From Owenia fusiformis (lineage: Eukaryota): a stretch of 64,000 nucleotides of DNA. The stretch is from positions 16,492,001 to 16,556,000 of the forward strand of contig CAIIXF020000001.1 of assembly GCA_903813345.2 (NCBI GenBank), in the 5' to 3' direction. A model generated the notes under the pieces. It was given only the letters and a program-made list of their open reading frames with translations. It searched no databases and was not told where the DNA came from. Shown here piece by piece: positions 38,242 to 51,682 of this stretch (position 1 is its first letter; every line of letters starts with the position of its first letter). A program made the position numbers and the translations under genes.

Positions 38242-41200
38242 CCATAGAGTGGAACATTTTGTTTATATGTTTGATAAATTTTAGTGTTGATATTTCTATA
38301 AAATGTATATATGGGCCATTTGTGATAGATATATATTTCCCCATTTACCACAAATGCTCTTTATGGTGCCTGAAGTGCATCCATTTGAGACCTTCTATTT
38401 CATTATTTTCCCATTTTTGAACTTTCCAGCTAGAAACCAGAAACTTTCTAATTGAAAAGGAGAATATAATACATCAGGTACTTAATGACTAATTTAATCA
38501 CCTCTTATCACTTGGTCTTATTATGTCACCACAACAAATGATGACATATAGTTATGTGGACGGTGTTTGGCGTTCGGCGCCTCCCAGACGACGTTCGGAG
38601 TTTGGCATCTGTAACAAATGACAGGTGAAGACATTTTGAATGTTAATGCCTTGTTTTATTAAGTGTTTTCCCTTTTCAATGTACAATGCTAATGACTTTG
38701 GGAGTATTGCACCGCTGATCGCAGCGGAGTTTTTAGAATTGTCAATTAATAGTTACTTGTAACTAATTTATTAGAATCTCACCTTTTATTTCTTTAAAAT
38801 TGTTTTCAAGTTTAAGATACATGTATTTTCGTCTGGCTACCAACATGCCTTTTATAGTTCCTGCTTGCCAATGTCTTTCGAAGATATTTCGCGCATAAAA
38901 TATTCGAAAATTGTTGTAACGCATAAAAAATATCAAACGCTGGAATGTTCACACGACTGTTTCCAAACAAAACATCTTTCGAGTCTTCATAAAGTAGGAA
39001 TTGTAGTTAATAATGAATTTCATTATCAATTGTCTCATTGTTGCATATGCATAGACTTTCGTGAAAATGTATATTGCTGATACGTCCCGTTTAAACTTTT
39101 AAAGGGAGATTTCCAGCACGGAGCTGTGATATGGCCCTATGTTCTGTTCGCGACATATTGGTCGCATAATGTTCTGGTACATTTATAGATAGCTTGAGTA
39201 GTATGTACATCTACCCTATCTTGAGAAATTTTGAAAATACGGCAATAAATATTCAAAATGTTTATAAATTATATTATTGTTATGTATGCAAATGTGACAG
39301 TCAGATGTCAATGGTATAACATAATCGTGTGTAAGGGCAGACGCTAATCAAAACATATGTCAAGCTTGCGATTGACTTAAGATAATCAGAGTTTATCTGT
39401 GGAGTTATCTTAACAAAACTGGATTGAAATCAATAAGCGTATGATACCAAGACTTGATAAGAGGGAAGAAGAGAGTGTGTTTCTGACGTCACTATAATAT
39501 AGCACCAGAAGATATTGACATTTCATGTATTCCATTGTATTTTCCGATGACACCATTCTAAACAAACTTACAAGAAAAATAAAGCTATCGATGTAAAATA
39601 GTTAACGATTCATTTTGTCCAATGGCAATCAATTGGGCAATGTCAATATTTGGTTTAACTAAATCGATATATCGTTTTGGGAGGGGTATATAAGAATTCC
39701 TTAAAATTGTTGGCCTACATCGATTTCTAACGTTTCTAACTTTTAACTTGAAAAAAAGCTCAATTACATTTAGGGAGATACAGGGTGTTCAGGAAATAGA
39801 GATAATAATGTCATAGGGTTAATGTGAAATGTAATTAATTAAAGTTTTGGGAAAAACAAAATATTGATCCTGATTTGGTCCTTTGGGCAATGCTTGGCTA
39901 ATGGAAAAACACAAAACAACGTCCTCGCAGCACTGGGTAAGAGCAATTTTAGAAAACCTAGATAAAAGAAGGGCGTATTAATTTGACGACGTTGCAAAAG
40001 TGGATTGGACACAACTCACAAAAAAGTGATCTAACCTTATCTACAGAAGAGTCCAAATTATTTGAATAAACAATAAATTGAAAAGTGAAAAGTAAAGATT
40101 CTTTCTGTCCTGGACATTTAATTGGTGTTACTTGAGATCCGTCATTAATCTGTTTTTCTTGTGGGCTATTAAGGTCGACATCAAGCCTAATCACACTATT
40201 TCACCAAAAAGGGGGGGATACCCCGGGGTTCTCAGAGATGACCATATTTTCAATTGAAATATATATATGTGTTAACCAATATTATACCTTGTTATTATTT
40301 CACGTTATGATTTCACGTTCACGTTAAGATGGAAGGAATATACTTGCATCGATTAAAAGATCACATCGACGTGCGGTATTCGGAAACGAGGATGGTGGAA
40401 ATTCGGACAAACGAGGGTGGTAAGCAAGAAAATCAAGAATCTATCTCTGCTCTTGGGTTTCTCTTACTTCAACAAAACATGTAAATTATAGCTAAATTGA
40501 TTCTATTTACTGTGCATGCACATTAAAACCTGTCTAATCCGAACGCCATTGGGCTTAAAGCGTCCGGATTAGGAAGTGTTCGGATTTCGAGCTTCTTGCA
40601 TCCCAAGATTCTGGATTTTGAAAAAATCCGATTCAAATGAATTTAGCCATGCTGAAAGACCCATTATGATTGAGACCATTCGATGTTTTTTTCAAAATTT
40701 TTGATATCATATCAAATCATGATCAGTGTTAATTGAAAATATTTGAAAATATTTCTAAATTAAATGTTTTTTCTTAGTGCCTAATTAAGGTCAAGGTCAA
40801 ACTTTAAAACGAAGTCAGTCATACTACTTCACTCATAACAAACAACTAATAGCTAGAATTCAATTATTTACTGTCTATGTACTATTACTTCGGTAAAATT
40901 AAACCTAATTCCCTATATCGCTATATGGTTAGGTTTTCATGACCGTTGCGTGCGTGCTTCATTAATTACAGTCATTAAAAGAGTATGTGGAAATTATTTT
41001 AATTGATATCAAGAGCTTCAGTATCAGCTTCTTGGAATGTTTCCCAGGATCAGCTTGCTCACCTGATAAACCAATTACCTCTAAAAATTACGTGCATTGT
41101 GGACAACATATAGACTTCCTGCAAATGAATCTTCGGATGTAAACATCTGAGATGCAGGGATGCAGCGTATATTAGAATTGAAGCTGGGCTGGCATAATTT

Positions 41201-43078
41201 ATGTCGGTGGATGCTGGCTTACTGGTTGGCTGTAACACAATACCTTGAATGTGTTTAAAAGCCAGAGTAGAGCCAAATCAACATGAATTCGTATATGTCA
41301 ATTGATGTTGTATATTCTTTGTGGTCTGATTGAGGTTGAGGCAATATATGTTTGATAGGTGAGAGATGGGGATACCTCGAGAGAACGGCGTGTGTATTAT
41401 CGACACTAGGTGCAGATAAGAGCGGGAATATCGACCGGCAGCTGCTTATGATAATGTAGCTCCCATATTGGATTTTACAATATATTCGCTCCGTCTTGAA
41501 GTAGCTCTCTCGACTTTAACCTCATTTTATCAGTGTTTGAGCTGGAAAACAGCATAACAGAGGCAGCTACACCGGACCGGACATATTGGATATACACCCG
41601 GAATCAAGTAAGACCAAACAAGACAGGGATGGTTGCGTTCACGATGACTTAAGATGCTCGACCGTCTCTCTTCTGGCATACAATATTGCTTTTATTATTG
41701 CACAGCCTTCGAGTCCGCATAATTACATGTGCTATACGTTCTGTTATTAAAATCATCAATGATTTACCAATGACGGGTGCTATCTAACTATCATGTTTAT
41801 ATTATATCAAACGAGATGATAACAACGACTTGACAGTAGATGGTGATAATAAGCACAATGGTGACGAGGACATTCAAACAAGTGAAAAGATGTTTCTTCG
41901 GGAGAACATCCGCATCAACATCCCCCTATCTAAAATAATATCAGCTGTGTGGCACTAACAAGAAATAAAGGATTTACAAACTAATCCACGGAATGTTGCC
42001 GCGATCAATAAGGCCAAGAATGGAGCTATTCACTCAACCCAGTATTTTATGTTGATACGTTGCCTGGTGGTGATTAGGCGAGATCTGCTAAGTGTATTTT
42101 TATCACTTTATCCTGCAACTATTTCTCTTCAAGTGTACAATCGTACAGAGCGTCTCTAAAATCAAGGTCAGTAGTTAGATGAAGCACTGTTGATGCCGGT
42201 TCAGTGTTAACAGTGCCAGGAATGGATAAATACTCCAACTGTATAGATAGATAGATACACTCGCTCGGGAGAGCTTATACACAAATCTTTCTATACATGA
42301 CCATAATCCTAGACTTACATTGATAATTCTAAATCAATTCATCACCTGAACACAACTAGTGTTTCCTCAAGAATCCACTGTAGACGTATTGTCAGCGTGT
42401 CAGTTCTGATGAATTCACGCCACCGACATTTGCCACTTGGTCTCGAAAGTACAGAGCACGTTTTGGAAGTGTACGAGGAAACGGTAGATCGCTTACCCCG
42501 CTTGTTACAGGGTGTAGTAGAGACGGTCACGGCCTTAGTGTTATCAGACAGAGAGCTGACAAGGCACCTTTCTTCTGAGGTAAACAGTCAGTTTTTCTCA
42601 TTCTTCAATGCTGTCACCCAAAATATTATTTCACATTTTGCCACTAATCACATTGTTCAGCTATACAAGACGTAAGATGATTTGATTTAGATTTATTCGT
42701 TTTATGTAAAATCACCTAAAAGGAGGGCTGTAGCTGTTACCATGGGTCACGATTAGTCAAGTTACAAGCCTCTGTGACTCCCCCCCCCCCCCCACATCTA
42801 CTTGACTAAACACCTTCTTGAAATGGGGGGGCGTAGCTAGACTAGGTCATGATTATCATACATGTTTGTTATTTCCTCTACAGTCCATACAGTTCATAAT
42901 AGGCATCACATTCTGTTGTCTCTGCCATATTAGGTATACATAATCATAGATAAAGGTAGTCACGTGATCCCCTCTATTTGTATAACCCCAACTAGTTAAT
43001 TTATCAACTGAGATGAAAAATCTAAAAATGTTGGATTTCAAGATTTTTTCAGTCCCATGAATCCCATACATAACCTTA

Positions 43079-44008
43079 CATCTTGTTCCAAAAGTAACAG
43101 GACTGGTGCTGGCATTTTGTCAATTCTGCACCGGGTGGCTTCAAATTTCCCAAATTGTACATTGAGGTATTGCAACTACAATTGTAAAGTTTCAGAAAAA
43201 ATGATGTAATGGGGGTAGAGTTATGGTTTCTATAGTAACATGACATCACAATACCCGGGGCAACTTTTTTATGAAAATATAATATCTCTATCATTTTTAT
43301 ATTACTGACTAGAAAGTATCTAATTCACCTATTAAAATACAACATTTCCTGTTTGCTTTATTAGTTGCTTTGTTGTAATGGTGTTGCTATGTATCTCAGA
43401 TTCAAGTATGATTATCAATAGTAATATTCATTCAATTTTCTGGAATATCACTTTGTATAACAGTCTGCACAATTCATACCCTGCGTGCAGAGTCTAGTTA
43501 AACTACAGACGAAGCTCTCTTTTAAGAATTGAAGTAAAACGAATGCAAAGGGTACACAATTCATGGTTGGGCTTTTGAAAATACCCAATTTGAAGCCAGT
43601 CATCCACCTTAATAACGCGCCTGCCTCATGTGTTTGAGTCATGGATACAAAGTGCTACTCTTGTTCTGACCAATGAGGAGCATATTTTTCAAAGTAGAGG
43701 ATCGAGGAATATCTAATGATGTAAACCAAAATGTAATATTGTCACCAGTAGTTGCATTTCAACTTTTATATGGCATGCACAAAATGCTTAAAGTCTCTGT
43801 AACTTTCTATGAGGAATGTTGCCCCGGGTATTGTGATGTCATGTTACCATAGCAACCATAATTAACTCTACCCGAGTTTCATAATTTTTGTCGAAACTTT
43901 GCAGTATTAGTGACAATACATGAAAGTACATTATGTAAAATTTTGAAGACGATTGGTGCATATTAAACAAAATACTACCACCAGTCCTGTTACTTTTGGA
44001 ACACCCTG
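43079..44008. mobile_element. Tc1/mariner-type MITE
   Basis: TGTTCCAAAAGTAACAGGACTGGTG / CACCAGTCCTGTTACTTTTGGAACA inverted ends, TA flanks, inner pair CATGACATCACAATACCCGGGGCAAC / GTTGCCCCGGGTATTGTGATGTCATG. Confidence 0.75.
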
Positions 44009-44204
44009 TATACCTCTGGTGTTATTAGTTACTTGATATCCACGGTCAGGTCCTGAACGTGTAGCAATACTTGCATGTAATCTGAGAAAGATTCAATATA
44101 TTTTACGTCAATGATGTCTCTTTCTTTTCGATTCATTTTTACGTAGTAGACTAAGTAGAGTCACACATCAATTTATTAACGCTCTATTTAGGGTATTTTA
44201 TTTA

Positions 44205-44363
44205 CAGTAAAACCTGACTTAGTGAACACCTCTCTCTGGTGTTCACCCTTCCTCCGCACATATACTCTACTAACTTCTGTATAAATTACCCTTTCTATTG
44301 TGAACACCTACCAATACTGTGTTTTTCCTTTGCAAAAATGTTCAATATACACAGGTTTTACTG
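44205..44363. mobile_element. pogo/Tigger-type MITE
   Basis: TA|CAGTAAAACCTG...CAGGTTTTACTG|TA. Confidence 0.75.
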
Positions 44364-44399
44364 TATGCAACAAGTCATTCTCGCACTAAGAAGGGTACT

Positions 44400-45630
44400 T
44401 AAGCTACTTAAAGCCATTCTTTGATTATTTAGGCTATACTACTTTAGTTACGCATCAGACAATTCTCACACGAATCAGGGTCCTTAAGTCACACATCAAA
44501 TCATCACCTCAATAAACAGGGTCCTTTAGTCATACATAATGCCATCCTCACTCTATGTGGGGTTATATTTTGTGTTAAACCATTCTCATATTACCAGGCT
44601 CCTTTAGTTACGCACCAGGCCATCCTCATGCTATGTAGAGTCATATTATGCGTTAGGCTATTTCGTACTACCAGGGTCCTTTAGTCATGCATCAAGCCAT
44701 CCTCATACCACACAGGGTTATATTATGCGTTAAGTCATTTTACCCTTTTTACGCATCAAGCCATCCGCAGATTATTCAAAGGTCCCTTTAGTTACCCATC
44801 AAGCCATCCTAAAACTATATGTATGTTCTCTTTTTACGCAACAAGTCATTCTCATATTATGTAGGCCCCTTTAGTTACCAACCAAGTCATCATCATACTA
44901 TGTATGGTCCCCTTTTACGCAACAACCCATCCTCACACTTTGTAGGCAACTTAACTTATAAATCAACCAATCCTCATACTATGTATGACATTATGTAGAT
45001 TACTTAGTTACCAACCAAACCACCATTATCATACTATGTATGGTCCCTTTTTTCGCATCAAGCCAACCTCGCATTATGTAGGCTCCTTTGGTTACCCCTC
45101 GAGCCATCGTCATACTATGTATGGTCCTTTTTTACGCATCAAGCCATCCTGAAGCTTCGTAGGCCCCTTTAGTTACCAGTCAAGCCATCGTCATGCTATA
45201 TATGGTCCCTTTTACGCATCAAGCCACGCTGATATTACGTAGGCCCATTTAGTTACCCATGAAGCCATTTTATACTATGTATGGTCCCGTTTTACGCACC
45301 AAGCCATTCTGGCATTATGTAGGTCCTTTAACTACCAACCAAGCCACCATTATCATACTATGTATGGTCCCTTTTTCGCATCAAGCCACCCTCGCCTTAC
45401 ATAGGCCCCTTCAGTTATCTGGCAAGCCATCCTTATACTATGTACATGCATGGTACCTTTTTTACGCATTAAGCCATCCCCACTTTATGTATGCCCTTGT
45501 TTACCCATCAATCCATCCTCATTCTATGTAGGCCCCTCAAACCATCCCCCCACTTTGTATCATTTGCAACATGTCAACCCCTCCTTATAATATGAAGGAT
45601 CCCTGGGTTACGCATCAAGCCATGCACATA
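44400..45630. repeat. Degenerate minisatellite (~39-40-bp monomer, ~80-bp dimer)
   Basis: Alternating TTAGTTACC(C)ATCAAGCCATC.TCATACTATGTATGGTCC and TTTTACGCATCAAGCCA...ATTATGTAGGCCC units. Confidence 0.85.
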
Positions 45631-48600
45631 TTTTTACTAAATATAGAAAGGAGTGAACTGGATATACCTTGGTTTATCTTGATGGCATCAAGCATACATA
45701 TTGCTACATGATGCCATGGTAAAATTGACTATGCATTGTACAGGTAATATTAAAGGAACTGGGAATGTTTGCAATTATCACCACTCAGCTCCACTCACCA
45801 GATTCAGGTACAGAGAGTGATTCATTGATCAATGATGCTATAAGGAATACCCTTTACAATAACTTGACGATACCTACACTCTGAAGGTAACGAATTGATT
45901 TAGCTGTATTATAGAAATTACAAGTGATGTGATACTGATTGGACCAAAATGGTGCCTTAATATATTAGCCTTTGTATTAAGGCTATTGCGGTTATGCTAT
46001 CAGTACTATTTATATACCACTGGAAAGAAAATTCAATTTCAAATAAATTGATGTATCACTACGTCAATCAAACTTAATTCAGATCGCATGTAACTGATAT
46101 GTTGTTTATCTTTATCATTTTGATTTAATTAACCTACACGTGATATAGCACTCATAGTTCTGTTAGGATTATAAAGACAACGTATGATATAAAAATGAAT
46201 ACTGTAATGTGGAATGAGCATATACGTTCCAAAAATCATTCTTTCAAGGTCCCTTAATATTTTATATCCGAAAAGTGAAAAGATTTAAGTTGACCGCATT
46301 TCCATCTTCAAATCACGGCATTTGGGCATGCATCAATGGAAATGGACTTCAAGTCAGTACGTGAGCCTTCAAAACGTAGACATGGTAGAGTGAAATGTAC
46401 TTGATGTTTATTTTACCAAACAAAAAAATACACTGTCACTTTGATGTGTTGTTCGCTTGGTTGCAAGGGGTATTGTGGCTGCTCTATATACTACTATAAG
46501 CGATAGGAGGCAATGCATTTTATGTGGTAATATGTCCTTTACAAAACAATAAACATAGTGTGCTTGATCGAGGTTTCGTGATCATTTTTCATCATCTATC
46601 ACTAAGTGTCATTATACAAGCAGGAACGTCAAAATTCAATATTAAGCATCTTGCCATACATACATTATATTACTCAGGGATATCATGTTGGTGGCTGTCT
46701 CGCGAGCTATATCAGGCGATGTGATACAGAGTTCGAAAAAAGAGTGACTGGACATCTGATCGATCCATAGCTCGATATCGCAGAGTATCAGCGTTCAGAT
46801 GATAATCGTCGCAGGAGAAAAGATAGAAAATGATGTATCGAGTTATTTAAGGTCACGAATCAATTCTATACAATTGTAATATTAGCCACACGCGGTATAA
46901 TGACTTATAGATGAGAAAACGGGGGTGAAACGAATGACGCTATTTGTGATCAGAAGGTTTTAATATACCATTAGAAATTCTGCTTGTAACAAAATTGATT
47001 AATTTACTGTCTTGAACAGGGGACAATTTTGGCATTTCTGAGTTCAAATCTTTTTAATGGGAAAGGGATCTTTGAAAGACTGGTTTGTTCAAATGAGTTT
47101 TACCTTAACTTATTCAAAAAATGTTTTAAAATAAATTTTTAATTCCCTAAATTAAGCCCCTGGTGATAAAATAGTTATTTAGACAACTTTGTAACTAGTG
47201 AACCTGTGTAAGAAGCCAGATCTTCTAAACTGACAGTCCAACCTTTCAAATGGTACATCGAAATCCCAAGCGAATTGTGTCATTTATTTTTGATTAATAA
47301 ATGGACGCTTGGAGGCAAAAGTTTGCTTGGAGGGAATAGAAGGGGTCATTTTATATAATCATTGTTTGTCTATTAGCTAGCTCAGAGGAATCGAACTTTT
47401 TCGGTCCGTAAATCGGTTGTTCTGAAATTTGCACTTATCTAATAGTTAAATAATTAGAATAATCGCATTTAAAAAAGCATACAAAACCAATTATATTTTA
47501 CCATACCATGGGTTTAATCATTTTGCGTTTTTTGTTAACATTCTCATAAAACATAAATCTGCAAATGTTTAATATTTTTGCAAAAATCGTATCTTATCTA
47601 CCATTTGTACGTTTTATATGGGCGTTCTATGTATTTTCAATTAGGTGTAAAGATCAAATTATACTTCATGCCAATATGATATAACTTTTTTAAACATTGG
47701 TTATTGAAAAATGGGATAAGACGTCGTTTTGTACGTTTTGAATATTGGGATCTTGTTAGACTCTTGCAATACATTTCTTTTACATGTATGCCCTTTAACA
47801 TGAACATTGGAATCGTATCGCTCAATTTCCAGTTTTTTATTTTTTTTATTTTTTTTTTATTTTTTTATTCATGTAATATAATTATTATCAAGTGTTACAT
47901 TGACACACAAGATACCCATAGGGGGTATATCAGTGCATTATCAAAAATTGGAAAAAACATAAAGGTTTACACGTTATGATCTTAATTAAGGACTTCAAAT
48001 TAAGATACATCAACAACTAGAACGTAATTCTCTTTTCTTAAACATTGTACAACATAATGTCACAATCATGTTATGTACTTCGAGTTCTTTGCTATAATTT
48101 ACTAAAACGGTGAGTCAATTATCAACATAGCTTGTCATATGTACAATGTATGTAATATTATGCATGTATACCTTACCAGTAGGTAGTTTTATCATTTTTG
48201 AGACGTCATATAGACGCATATAAAACAGTTTTTCTCAAAGAGAATTCGATGAATTCACAAAACATGTGATTATAAAAATGACTCACACTAACATTGTACT
48301 CAAAAAAGAATCATTCCTGATATGCAACTGGTGCATGAAATCGATCGCTTGTTGTCTTTTGGACAAACGTATTACTAGTAACGGTATTCTGCAAGGCGTG
48401 TAGTATACACATAGACATAAACATATTCTGACTTGAAGACTTAAGTCTTGGATTTTGACTTTTTAGACACTGTCACTGTCATGTCGCTGATATGTGGAAG
48501 AAATTAGATTGATTGAAAGTCAAGCAAAGTCATTTATCATGTAAAATTTTTTTCTTAATCTACTTGATATTCGAAGACATTCAGAAATGTCGTCTGGATG

Positions 48601-48690
48601 TCCAGTTATGGATTTTGTATCAGTAAGTGGCATTAACTTGCACCCAGGCAGAAGAATATAACTGAGATACAATTACGGCACAACCAATTC

Positions 48691-49451
48691 TATTTATCTG
48701 TGTTAAAATTGTTCTATAATTTATCTGTTGAGTTTACAATTTTCCTTAAAATTGGAGATATGGGAGTCTAACCTCGCATCTTGGTGTACCTTTGATGCAG
48801 TGCTTGCAGTTTCTTGAACTGGAATAAGAAGATGTTATAAAAACAAACAGATATTAATTAGATGGGGCATATAAAAAAGGCCCTGTCTAACAAAGGAGGT
48901 GTTAGGGGATTCGGACGGTGGGAAAACAAAATATATGCTTACCTAAATGCCGTGTATCAGTGGTAAAAACAAAAACAACAGCCTTACGAAATCGTGTTGC
49001 GTCTTCCTATTGTTGAAAACCCACGCTATCTAATCCTTTCTCCTCGGTCTCTGATTGGTCAGAAGTTTAGGTCAAGGGCTGTCCTGATTGGTTAGTCAAG
49101 CGACAACTTCCCAGCGGGAATATTTAAAACCAACTTAAGCCTTGAAAGAGACTAGGCTCCAATTTCTCTGATAAAGCCATTATAAATATATTATATATAT
49201 ACTATATATATTACTACTCTGTTTAAATACAGGTCAATAAATGAATAATAATAATGTTTATTTATCTATGTTAAAATTGTTCTATAATTTATCTGTTGAG
49301 TTTACAATTTTCTTTAAAATTGGAGATATGGGAGTCTAACTTCGCATCCTGGTGTACCTAAGATGCAGTGCTTGCAGTTTCTTGAACTGGAACAAGAAGA
49401 TGTTGTAAAAAACAAACAGATATCACTTAGATGGGGCATATAAAAAAGGCC
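48691..49451 (+). repeat. Direct duplication of ~190 bp (48691-48882 and 49259-49451)
   Basis: TATTTATCT.TGTTAAAATTGTTCTATAATTTATCTGTTGAG...GATGGGGCATATAAAAAAGGCC present twice with few substitutions. Confidence 0.88.
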
Positions 49452-51682
49452 ATAAAAACTAGTGACTGTTGCTCCATCCAAGTTTAAAACTAATTCTATT
49501 TCTCGGTCTCTGAAATCCCTAGGGTGTAATTGTGTACTCATTGTGTAAAACGCCTCGCTGGCACCCTACACCCCCCCCCCCCCCTAAAATGGGACAAGAA
49601 TTATAAGGCCTAAAGTTTATTTGTGCCTCGTTTTCAAATAACGACCTGAATCCTGAAAACAACATAAAAAGCCAAAATTGTTATTTCATGTATCTCGGTT
49701 TCAGACCGAGCTGGAGTTTAATGGGTGGTTTTAATTGGGAGCTATTATTTTTCAAACTCAAGTATACAGATTAGAACTAATATCGTTAACACATCGTATT
49801 GATTAACTCTGCATCCGGGTTTTGCTCACCTGATATTACAAGCGTAACAAATAATGTTCAACATGTTGAGCGTAGATAAATGCTAATCGAGTAATATGGC
49901 CCTGATCATCACACCAAGTAGTAAGTACACTACACACCGTTATGTTTATCTTGCTACCCTTTCCGTTTGAGCTGTTTTAATTATATCTCAGCGTTTCTCA
50001 CAAAATGATATCAGGATTAAAAGGAGACGTGTTGCTTGTAGCTTGAATAAAAGCTGGTTCCTATTATTACCAGACGCGTTTTCTCTGTCCACGGGCAAAC
50101 GTTACACCCAGTATTACTCATTGATTTTGCCAGAATTCTACCCCGTTATCAATATTCAAAAACATATGCTATCTTAAAAAACTTGGCTTTTGCAAGTTTT
50201 GGAAAACCCGTTTTGAAATTAAAATGTCATCATTTATTTATTTATATTATGGACGCTGGTTGACATTTGAACGTATGATATACCACATCAAAGATAAATA
50301 AATTCCCTATCCACTGGTATATAATATGACGTGTTTCCAACAAGAAAATCAATATTTATTTTTGAAATACAAGTGTCCCATTTTTGGACCACCCTGTACA
50401 TAATCATTTCAAAAATCATTTGTTATTTTATTCATGAAATCAAAAGAGCTACATAGTTTGTAGGATTACATTCTACAATCCTGTGCAATTTTCCATTATT
50501 TCACTTTACGTCAATTTGATCGAAAATTAAATTTTTGAATTTTCCTGTAGTATGGTCAGATATGATATACCTGCCCACTCAGTCGAAACGTAAAGCTATG
50601 TTCCTGCCCATTGTTGAAAAGAGCCCATCGTTGAAAAGAGAACTGTGCTTTATATTCATCAAACACGTCCAAATATAGGATACTATGAATATCCACTGGG
50701 TATAAAAACATCACACTTGATCTTTAAGTAATGGGGGGTAGGAGAAAAGCAAAATGTTGATTTGCTGATGAATGAACTTCCCTTGTGTACCTGACGTGGG
50801 GTTGGATCTATCAATTATCCAGGTACATTGAAGATATCGCAGGTGCAAATCAACCAATATGATTCCTGTGCCACTAATAACCAACATAATTCGCATAGTG
50901 CAATCAACAAATGTACAAACGTCATACGTATATTATATCATTAAGGTCGCAATTATTATATATCACTAAATACGTGTATCTGTCCTTAATTTACTTAAAC
51001 TGGTATATGATGGGTTCTTAGATAAACCACTTTAATTGTACTTTTAGGTGTCGCAAATATAACAGATTTTGACCATTTTTCTGCAAATCTAAATTCGAAG
51101 AAATGGTACATAAACAGCTTTAAATCAGCTATGATATGAATATGTGCCAAATGCTTTTTAATCGACATGCAAAAATCCTTTCACAATCAGATTACATAAT
51201 TACTGTTCAGAAAAAAATTACGTGACATTATTTTGGGATTCGTTAAGTACAAAAAGAACTGTAACTTTGTCGACTGATATAAATTCACATATATTGAATA
51301 CAGGGTGTTCCATGTTATTACCTTGGTATTGGAACTTAAATTGTACTTCCAATGATATGTAAGTTATAGTAAATACATTTTTGGAATCCGTAGTAAATGC
51401 TTCGAGTCTAATTCATTAGCCCACTCTGTATATTTGGGAACTTTTTGGACTTTTTAGTGTCATTATATTATATCAAAAATGTCCAAAGTAACAGTTGAAC
51501 TCCTATCTTCAAGTTCAAAACAATCCAATTTGGACTACCTTATTTCCTTGAATCCATCAGCCATAGTTAAATTGAAATCATAGAAGATCGTGACGATACA
51601 TGCTTGTAATGTGAGGTTTGTTTTACAGGTCGTCGTCTTGATATATCAATGAATGAAAATGTTTCTATTATTATTTTCATAG

